Of a stretch of 46,817 nt of DNA, positions 9,066 to 15,062 are shown one piece after another. The stretch is from the NCBI GenBank assembly GCA_031270785.1, contig JAISWM010000113.1, positions 1-46,817 on the forward strand. The letters are read 5' to 3'. The notes below the pieces were generated by a model. The model was given only the letters and a program-made list of their open reading frames with translations, had not been told where the DNA came from and did no database searches. The stretch is from Oscillospiraceae bacterium. Lineage in GTDB: Bacteria > Bacillota > Clostridia > Oscillospirales > Acutalibacteraceae. The position numbers and the translations under genes were made by a program. The first letter of the stretch is position 1. Every line of letters starts with the position of its first letter.

Positions 9066-9177
9066 GCTATTTTGTTTGAAAAGCATCTGATTTTATAACT
9101 TTCTCCCGGCCGTCGGCCGGGAGAAAGTACACGGATAAATTTACTTTTGAGAGCTGTTTTAAATCGTAACAGTTATA
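9062..9177 (+). mobile_element. MITE family A copy sharing TATA with the end of D
   Basis: TATAGCTATTTTGTTTGAAAAGCA...CGTAACAGTTATA. Confidence 0.85.
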
Positions 9178-9183
9178 TATCTC

Positions 9184-9212
9184 TTGACTTATTACTTTTA
9201 ACATGTTATAAT
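9184..9212 (+). promoter_or_regulatory. SigA-type promoter of the deformylase gene
   Basis: TTGACT (9184-9189), a 17-nt spacer, then TGtTATAAT (-10 at 9207-9212, extended TG). Confidence 0.6.
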
Positions 9213-9245
9213 TAAATTAACAAAAAATTATATGGAGTGTTAAAA

Positions 9246-9878
9246 ATGAAAAAATTTCTTTCAATAATTTTTAGTCTTTCTTTGCTGCTTACTTCGGAAT
9301 TCAGTACCGGTGCAAAAGTGCTGGATGTGGTTAAATCTGACGACCCCATACTCAAAGAGTGTTGCCTTGAAGTTACGGGTTTTAATGAAGATCTAAGAAA
9401 ATTAATTGCTAACATGTGTGATACCATGAATAAATACGACGGTGTAGGACTCGCTGCGCCGCAAGTTGGGGAACGGAAGTGCGTCTTTGTAGTGAAATAT
9501 GGCAAAAAAGTAACCGAATATGTTAACGCGAAAATACTTAGTGAAGAAGGAGAACAAATTTCAACAGAAGGATGTATTTCCCTCCCCGGTTTATGGGGAG
9601 AAGTTAAAAGGCCCACATGCATAAGTGGAACAGCGTTTGATAAAAATGGGGAAAAATTCGACTTTGAGGCTGAAGGCGAGGAGGCACGAATTATATGCCA
9701 TGAATTCGACCATACGAGAGGAGTATTATTTACAAAAATTGCAAAACGTACTTATACAACCACACAAATCATTGTCAAGAATGTAGCTTGGGCGGTGGCG
9801 GTAGCTGGGGTATTAGCAATACTTGGGGGGTTGGCCAGACATTTTGCCTTCTCAAAGCCAAGCCCCAATCATGCGTAA
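9246..9878 (+). CDS. def: Peptide deformylase-like protein with N-terminal signal-like peptide and C-terminal TM helix
   Basis: PDF motifs GVGLAAPQVG, EGCISLPG and HEFDH. GGAG lies 8 nt upstream of the ATG at 9246 (the tracked ORF opens at GTG 9237). N-terminus is MKKFLSIIFSLSLLLTSEFSTGA and the C-terminus contains VAWAVAVAGVLAILGGLA. Confidence 0.85.
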   Translation: MKKFLSIIFSLSLLLTSEFSTGAKVLDVVKSDDPILKECCLEVTGFNEDLRKLIANMCDTMNKYDGVGLAAPQVGERKCVFVVKYGKKVTEYVNAKILSEEGEQISTEGCISLPGLWGEVKRPTCISGTAFDKNGEKFDFEAEGEEARIICHEFDHTRGVLFTKIAKRTYTTTQIIVKNVAWAVAVAGVLAILGGLARHFAFSKPSPNHA

Positions 9879-9906
9879 ACTTCCAATAAAGTGTAAAATA
9901 AAAACA

Positions 9907-9998
9907 CACTTTAGAAACGTGTTATTATTTACATGTTTTTCCCCCGCCTTCGGCGGGGGGGGAGAAAGAAGAAGTTTCAATTATTTTGAGACATAACC
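9907..9998 (+). repeat. Chimeric element: D left arm joined to B right arm at the shared hairpin
   Basis: CTTTAGAAACGTGTTATTATTTACATG (D arm), then TTTTTCCCCCGCCTTCGGCGGGGGGGGAGAAAG, then AAGAAGTTTCAATTATTTTGAGACATAACC (B arm). Confidence 0.7.
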
Positions 9999-10035
9999 GC
10001 CGATTTTGATTGCAATCTGTAAAGTTTACGGACAG
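9999..10035 (+). repeat. Family C right-end fragment
   Basis: GCCGATTTTGATTGCAATCTGTAAAGTTTACGGACAG, cut short by the adjacent A copy. Confidence 0.75.
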
Positions 10036-10036
10036 C

Positions 10037-10153
10037 TATAGCTGTTACGATTTAAAACAGCCCTTAAAAGTAAATTTATCTGTGTACTTTCTCCCAGCCG
10101 TCGGCTGGGAGAAAGTCATAAAAATCAGACGCTTTTCAAACGTAACAGCTATA
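10037..10153 (-). mobile_element. MITE family A copy (reverse orientation)
   Basis: TATAGCTGTTACGATTTAAAACAG...TTTTCAAACGTAACAGCTATA. Confidence 0.9.
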
Positions 10154-10191
10154 TAATATTTATAATTGAAATTAGTATGATACAATGATTC

Positions 10192-10279
10192 GGTAGTGGT
10201 CCAAATTAATTGATAATATCTTTCCTCCCCGCCTGTGGCGGGGGGGAAGAATGGATTTCAACTATTTTATGGCGCGACC
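10192..10279 (+). mobile_element. MITE family B copy, full length, with 8-bp TSD
   Basis: GGTAGTGGTCCAAATTAATTGATAATATC...CAACTATTTTATGGCGCGACC, flanked by AATGATTC at 10184-10191 and 10280-10287. Confidence 0.92.
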
Positions 10280-10305
10280 AATGATTCAGAGGTGTGTGAT
10301 AGACA

Positions 10306-10917
10306 TTGAATATATTTAGTAAATTATTTAACAAAAGTAAAAATATTAGCAGTATTAATTATATGGTGGCGGGATTAGGCAATCCGGGGCTTAGATATGA
10401 AAACACAAGACATAATGCGGGGTTTTTAGTTGTTGACTATATTTGTAAACAGAATAATATAAAATTAAATTTAAATAAATTTGACGGAGTATACGGATAC
10501 GGATATTTAAGCGGAAGTAAAATTTTGTTTTTAAAACCGCAAACATTTATGAATAAAAGTGGAGAATGTATTTCAAAAATGATGTCTTATTATAAAATAC
10601 CTCCTGAAAAAGTAATTTTGATTTTTGATGATATTTTATTACCGGCAGGAAAAATAAGGGTAAGAAGAAACGGTACTCACGGCGGGCATAATGGAGTAAG
10701 AAATATAATAGATTTATCATCCAGTAGTCAATTCCCCAGAGTAAAAGTAGGTGTTGGGCAAAAGCCCAATGAAGATTGGGACTTAGCTGACTGGGTTTTA
10801 TCTAAATTTTCAAAAGAGGAAAGCGATGCCATAGAAGGCGCTGTGAAAAGCGCAGAAAAAACGGTAAATCTTATTATAGACGGTAATATAGATCAGGCAA
10901 TGTCACTTTATAATTAA
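10306..10917 (+). CDS. pth: Peptidyl-tRNA hydrolase
   Basis: GLGNPGLRYENTRHNAGF and HGGHNG motifs. A TTG start at 10306 follows GAGGTG. An alternative ATG at 10363 would give the canonical MVAGLGNPG N-terminus. Confidence 0.9.
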   Translation: MNIFSKLFNKSKNISSINYMVAGLGNPGLRYENTRHNAGFLVVDYICKQNNIKLNLNKFDGVYGYGYLSGSKILFLKPQTFMNKSGECISKMMSYYKIPPEKVILIFDDILLPAGKIRVRRNGTHGGHNGVRNIIDLSSSSQFPRVKVGVGQKPNEDWDLADWVLSKFSKEESDAIEGAVKSAEKTVNLIIDGNIDQAMSLYN

Positions 10918-11096
10918 ATTGCTTTCAGCATTAAGGCAAAAGATTTGATTTCGACTAAAACCGACTAAAATACAAAAAATATCAACGTTTAATTGTACCT
11001 AATTTTATTTTTTATATCTTCTGTGTTTGAAAATAGCTATATGAGTAAATAATCGCCCCACTATCAAGCGGGAGCGATAATTGCCAAAATTTATAC

Positions 11097-11240
11097 TATA
11101 GCTGTTCCGCTTTACAATAGACCATAGAAATTATGTATAACTATTGTTCTTGAAAAGGGTACACAGGCAAGCTTTTCCCCCACAGGCTTAGCGGGAAAAA
11201 ACTTCTAAAATTGGGACTTTTTTAAAGCGGAACAGCTATA
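11097..11240. mobile_element. Family A-related variant (144 bp)
   Basis: TATAGCTGTTCCGCTTTAC...TAAAGCGGAACAGCTATA. It has the same termini as A, a different interior and a weaker central palindrome. Confidence 0.65.
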
Positions 11241-11655
11241 ATTTGGACCATCGTCTATTTTTACGTACTTGGTGTAGCAGACTTGTTCGAAAAGGGGGAT
11301 ATATTTTTCGAAGTTGCATATTATGCATGAAATTGTGCTTGATTTAATTGTGAATTTTCGTTTTTTTAAAAGAACTTTGCCTTATCATTTGCTTTGATAC
11401 ACTACCGGACATTGAAATTTGCTATAAGTTCGTGGGGAATGTAAATCTACCGTATATGTCAAGAAAGCTGAAGCATCAAATGTTAAAATCTTTCGGCAGG
11501 GAAGAAAATCAAAAAGAAAGGTGCGTCTCTGCAGGTTAAAATAAAGTGGTATTAATAATTGCAGGGTCACAGCAAACAAAAAACACTTCAAAACCAAAGG
11601 TAAGGTTTCAAAATGTTTCAATCTTCGGCGTCAGTTCCCTTAACTAACGCCACAC

Positions 11656-11732
11656 TGGTCGAGGCAGCGGGACTCGAACCCACGGCTTCTACGTCCCGAA
11701 CGTAGCACTCTACCAAACTGAGCTATGCCTCG
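11656..11732 (-). tRNA. tRNA-Pro (anticodon CGG), CCA encoded
   Basis: The reverse complement CGAGGCATAGCTCAGTTTGGTAGAGTGCTACGTTCGGGACGTAGAAGCCGTGGGTTCGAGTCCCGCTGCCTCGACCA folds as a 77-nt cloverleaf. Acceptor is CGAGGCA/TGCCTCG, anticodon loop TTCGGGA, T-loop TTCGAGT. Confidence 0.92.
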
Positions 11733-11740
11733 GCAATATA

Positions 11741-11829
11741 GGTCGTGTCCCAAAATAGTTGAAATCCCTTCTTCTCCCCCGCCATAGGCGGGGGGGAAAA
11801 GATATTATCAACAAATTTGGCCCACAACC
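11741..11829 (-). mobile_element. MITE family B copy inserted in the tRNA-Pro leader, with 9-bp TSD
   Basis: GGTCGTGTCCCAAAATAGTTGAAATCC...ATCAACAAATTTGGCCCACAACC, flanked by GGCAATATA at 11732-11740 and 11830-11838. Confidence 0.9.
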
Positions 11830-11850
11830 GGCAATATAAACACATTTGGA

Positions 11851-11879
11851 ATTTTACTGCTTTGTGAATGAAAAATCAA
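11851..11879 (-). promoter_or_regulatory. Candidate promoter of tRNA-Pro
   Basis: On the minus strand: TTGATT (11879-11874), a 17-nt spacer, then TAAAAT (11856-11851). Without the B insertion this would sit ~20 nt upstream of the tRNA 5-prime end. Confidence 0.5.
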
Positions 11880-12124
11880 CCAATTTAAGTCTTTCCGGTA
11901 GAACAAACGCATGAAAACGTGATCAATCAGCTTTTAATAAAATTTTTGCTCCCGCCCGCCTATCCCCGATGCAGAGTATGCGGGGCATTACGGCGGGCTT
12001 GCATGCTTCCCTCGAAAACACACGCTCGCAAAAATCAATGAATACACAGCCTAGAAGGTCGGGGAATTAAACCCAATTTAGATTAAATTACCATGCGCTC
12101 TGGGCTTTAAATAAGTAAATCACC

Positions 12125-12793
12125 TCAAACTGCTGGTAAATCACCATCTTTTAAAGCCAAAATTCTATCCGCTGTTTGGTTTGCAAATCCGGTATCGTGC
12201 GTAACAATTAAAATTGTATAATTTTGCTTTGATAATTTTTTAATAATTTCTGTTAATTCTTCAACAAGTTCCGGGTCAAGCGATGAAGTCGGTTCATCGA
12301 ATAAAATTATGTCCGGATTTAAGATTAACGCTCTTGCGATTGCAGCGCGCTGTTTTTGACCGCCCGATAAATTTGACGGAAAAGAATTTTGAACATTTTC
12401 GAGTTTAAACTGCTTTAATAATTTTTGAGAAACGTCAAAAATCGCTCGGGTTTCATACATTTTTGCATTTAATGCCGGAATTTCAATATTCTCTTTCACT
12501 GTCAAGTGCGGAAACAAATTAAAATTTTGAAATATAAGGCCTACTTTTTTAAGAATTTTAGATGTGTTTTTTACGTAAATCCCGTCCTTAACCAAACAAT
12601 TATCTTCGATTTTTATGCTTCCCGAATCAATTTTTTCAAGCCCTGCAAGGCATCTTAAAAAAGTGGTTTTGCCTTCACCGGATTTGCCTGTAATTGCTGT
12701 AATTTCACCGTTTTGCGCGGAAAAATTAATATTTTTTAAAATCTCTTTTCCGCCAAAATTTTTACACAAATTAACTGTTTCGATAGTTTTCAT
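12125..12793 (-). CDS. Amino-acid ABC transporter ATP-binding protein
   Basis: Walker A GKSGEGKTT, signature LSGGQKQR, Walker B IILFDEPTS. The start overlaps the upstream gene stop by 1 nt. Confidence 0.92.
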   Translation of the reverse strand: MKTIETVNLCKNFGGKEILKNINFSAQNGEITAITGKSGEGKTTFLRCLAGLEKIDSGSIKIEDNCLVKDGIYVKNTSKILKKVGLIFQNFNLFPHLTVKENIEIPALNAKMYETRAIFDVSQKLLKQFKLENVQNSFPSNLSGGQKQRAAIARALILNPDIILFDEPTSSLDPELVEELTEIIKKLSKQNYTILIVTHDTGFANQTADRILALKDGDLPAV

Positions 12794-14262
12794 TATATTT
12801 TACCTCCGCACGAAAATTTTCTTTCTAATTTTTTGAATATTTGAACAAGAATCATGCAAATCGCCAGATATATTGCACCTGCGATAACATAATTTGTTAC
12901 ATTTGCTGTTGAATTTACTAAATTTTTAGTGTTTGAGAGCAGTTCCGGTACGCCAATTGCAAAGATTAAAGCCGTATCTTTAACGAGCGTTACACATTCG
13001 TTACAAATCGTGGGCAGTGTTATGCGAAAAATTTGCGGCAGCAAAATTTTGAAAAGTGATTGCGTTTTTGAAAATCCTAAAACTTGAGCCGCTTCGCTTT
13101 GACCTTTGTCAATCCCCAGAAAACCACCTCTGAAAATTTCCGCAAAATACGCGGCATAATTCAAAGCAAAAGTTAAAACGCCTGCTGAAAATCGGTCTTT
13201 GATAGTTAAATATTCACCGATTATCGGAATATACGGCAAGCCATAAAATACGAAAAATAATTGTAGCAGCAATGGTGTTCCGCGCATTATGTTAGTGTAA
13301 GCTTTTATTAAAAATTTCAAGATTTTATTTTTTGAATTTTGCAGTATACATAAAATCAAGCCTAAAGGAAGCGAGAAAATTGTGGTCAGCGAAAAGATTT
13401 TTAAGGTGACCCAAAGGCCTTGAATGAGAGGTGCTATGCTTAAATTTTTACTTTTAGAGGGAACTTCATCAGAAGCCGTTTTTGAATTTTCCCAGAAAAA
13501 TAGATTTGTGCCGAACCATTTCTGTGAAATTTCTTTTGCTTTTCCTGATTCTTTCATGGCTGAAAGTCCATTTTCAATCTCGTTTTTTAATTCTTCATTG
13601 TTTTTCTTTACGGCTATAACGTAATCTTCCGTTGAAATTTCTTGGTTTAAAACTTTGAAATTGCCCGCAAGACCTTTTTCGTTTAAGTAATATTTTGCAA
13701 CCACTTCATCAACAACAGTTACATCAGATGTAAACTTTTCAATCTCGTTTAAGCAATTCACCATATTTTCAAGTTCGATAATGTTTCTAACTTGACTGCT
13801 GATTTCGTGATTTTTAAACGCATCTGCACCGGTCGAACCTTTTTGAACGCAAACACTTTTGTTTTTTAAATCTTCTAAATTTTCGATTGTAGAATTTTTG
13901 TTAACAATGATAATTTGCCGATTTTTCATATAAGGTTTTGTTAAAAGCATGCTTTGCTCACGCTGCGGAGTTTTGCTCATTCCGTTCCAAATAACATCAA
14001 TTTTGCCGGAATTAATCTCAAGCTCTTTTGCGTCCCAGTCAATCGGCTGAAAAATCACTTTTTTACCTGAAAAAACTTCTTTTGCTAAATCAATGTCAAA
14101 CCCGACAATTTCATTGTTTTCGCTCAAAAAACCCATCGGCGGAACGTTTACGTCCAATCCTATGACAATTTCATTTTTTAAGGCTGCTGCTGTTTTAAAA
14201 TTAAACACACACGCGCTGAAAATCAGCCAAAAACACGTTACTAAAATTTTTTTAAGTTTCAT
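12793..14262 (-). CDS. Amino-acid ABC transporter, fused substrate-binding domain and permease
   Basis: 489 aa. A signal peptide is followed by a family-3 type SBP segment (IVIGLDVNVPPMGF, IDVIWNGM) and a C-terminal polar-amino-acid permease with an EAA-like loop (SEAAQVLGFSKTQSLFKILLPQ). GGAGG lies 9 nt upstream. Confidence 0.88.
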   Translation of the reverse strand: MKLKKILVTCFWLIFSACVFNFKTAAALKNEIVIGLDVNVPPMGFLSENNEIVGFDIDLAKEVFSGKKVIFQPIDWDAKELEINSGKIDVIWNGMSKTPQREQSMLLTKPYMKNRQIIIVNKNSTIENLEDLKNKSVCVQKGSTGADAFKNHEISSQVRNIIELENMVNCLNEIEKFTSDVTVVDEVVAKYYLNEKGLAGNFKVLNQEISTEDYVIAVKKNNEELKNEIENGLSAMKESGKAKEISQKWFGTNLFFWENSKTASDEVPSKSKNLSIAPLIQGLWVTLKIFSLTTIFSLPLGLILCILQNSKNKILKFLIKAYTNIMRGTPLLLQLFFVFYGLPYIPIIGEYLTIKDRFSAGVLTFALNYAAYFAEIFRGGFLGIDKGQSEAAQVLGFSKTQSLFKILLPQIFRITLPTICNECVTLVKDTALIFAIGVPELLSNTKNLVNSTANVTNYVIAGAIYLAICMILVQIFKKLERKFSCGGKI

Positions 14263-14318
14263 TATTAAAATCCTCCATATAATTTTTTAAAGACAAAAAA
14301 ATACAACACTCAGGAATT

Positions 14319-14411
14319 GATAGTGGATCAAATTAATTGATAATATCTTTCTCCCCTGCCGATTCGCGGGGGGGGGGATAAGAAGGTATTTCAACTGTTT
14401 TGAGACACGAC
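14319..14411 (+). mobile_element. MITE family B copy in the 5-prime UTR of the ABC operon, with ~9-bp TSD
   Basis: GATAGTGGATCAAATTAATTGATAATATC...CAACTGTTTTGAGACACGAC, flanked by TCAGGAATT at 14310-14318 and 14412-14420. Confidence 0.88.
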
Positions 14412-14420
14412 TCAGGAATT

Positions 14421-14650
14421 CCGATGTTGTAAAAAGTGAAAGATTTTAATTTGGTACAGGGAAATTTCCCGGTACTCTAAAAACTCACCGCCAACACAGA
14501 TTCCTGAAATTTCAGGGTTAATCTGTATTAGCGAATTATTTATTCGGCCATCAACAGGTCAACCCCCATACATGATGGCGATGATGCGAATTATTTATTG
14601 AAATTAAAACTATATTTTTCACGCCGGGGTTCACCTCCTAACACTAATTT
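14421..14650 (-). promoter_or_regulatory. Structured leader upstream of the ABC operon with a candidate His-rich leader peptide
   Basis: On the minus strand, AGGAGGTGA (14639-14631) precedes GTG at 14622. The 23 codons read MKNIVLISINNSHHRHHVWGLTC, with the stop at 14553-14551. Downstream hairpins include CAGATTAACCCTGAAATTTCAGGAATCTG and GTACCGGGAAATTTCCCTGTAC. No known riboswitch class was recognised. Confidence 0.3.
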
Positions 14651-14670
14651 CAATCACAAATATCAGTTTG

Positions 14671-14775
14671 TATAGCAAAAACCATTTTTAAAGCGTGGTA
14701 TTATTTGCGGTTCTTTCCCCCGCTTACGCGGGGGAAAGAACAAAAATGTCACTGTTTTAAAAAGTTTTTACTATA
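14671..14775 (+). mobile_element. Family D element
   Basis: TATAGCAAAAACCATTTTTAAAGCGTGGTATTATTTGCGG, then TTCTTTCCCCCGCTTACGCGGGGGAAAGAA, then CAAAAATGTCACTGTTTTAAAAAGTTTTTACTATA. Confidence 0.8.
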
Positions 14776-14835
14776 TCCGTTACTTTCCCCGCAGGCTCGC
14801 GGGGGAAGCAAATCAAACACATATCAGATTTTAAT
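14776..14835. repeat. Hairpin module plus ATCTGATATGT-type arm
   Basis: CTTTCCCCGCAGGCTCGCGGGGGAAG followed by CAAATCAAACACATATCAGATTTTAATTTTAGAAATA. The arm recurs in reverse at 36921-36945 and 36992-37012. Confidence 0.5.
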
Positions 14836-14949
14836 TTTAGAAATAGTACAAATTCATTTTCTAAATTTAGTATACTACAAAATTTTAAATTTGTCAAATT
14901 ATAAAAGTTTAAATTTAAAACTGCCTTCAAAGGTGGACTTTCCCAAATA

Positions 14950-15025
14950 CTCTTTCCCAGCGAGCTTGTGGGGGGAAAAAATAGTGATTTTGTTTTTTCC
15001 CCCAGCCTTTGGTGGGGAGGGAAGC
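14950..15025. repeat. Two degenerate G/C hairpin modules
   Basis: CTCTTTCCCAGCGAGCTTGTGGGGGGAAAAAA and TTTTTTCCCCCAGCCTTTGGTGGGGAGGGAAGC. Confidence 0.5.
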
Positions 15026-15062
15026 ACAAATAATACCACGTTTTTAAATGATTTTTGCTATA
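15026..15062 (-). repeat. Family D left-arm fragment abutting the stop codon of the giant gene
   Basis: ACAAATAATACCACGTTTTTAAATGATTTTTGCTATA. The same arm occurs at 33421-33458 and 43437-43473. Confidence 0.7.

Noticed and set aside
11385-11621. A 78-aa minus-strand ORF downstream of tRNA-Pro.
   Set aside because: It has a TTG start without a convincing SD, an F/L-rich low-complexity composition typical of AT-rich noise, and no recognisable motif.
11940-12060. SRP RNA, RNase P RNA, tmRNA or 6S RNA next to the tRNA.
   Set aside because: None of the hallmark motifs I know is present: GGAAGGAAGCAGC of SRP domain IV, GAGGAAAGTCC of RNase P, or a tRNA-like 3-prime end with a tag ORF for tmRNA. 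I kept it only as an unassigned structured segment.
14626-14640. GGTTCACCTCCT on the plus strand resembles the 3-prime end of 16S rRNA.
   Set aside because: It is simply the complement of a strong Shine-Dalgarno sequence (AGGAGGTGAACC) on the minus strand. No other rRNA-like sequence surrounds it.
14421-14650. T-box or another known riboswitch upstream of the amino-acid ABC operon.
   Set aside because: I could not find the T-box sequence (AAnnnGGGTGGTACCGCG), a specifier-loop/GA-motif arrangement, or the core motifs of SAM, lysine, glycine or guanidine riboswitches. A covariance-model scan is still needed.
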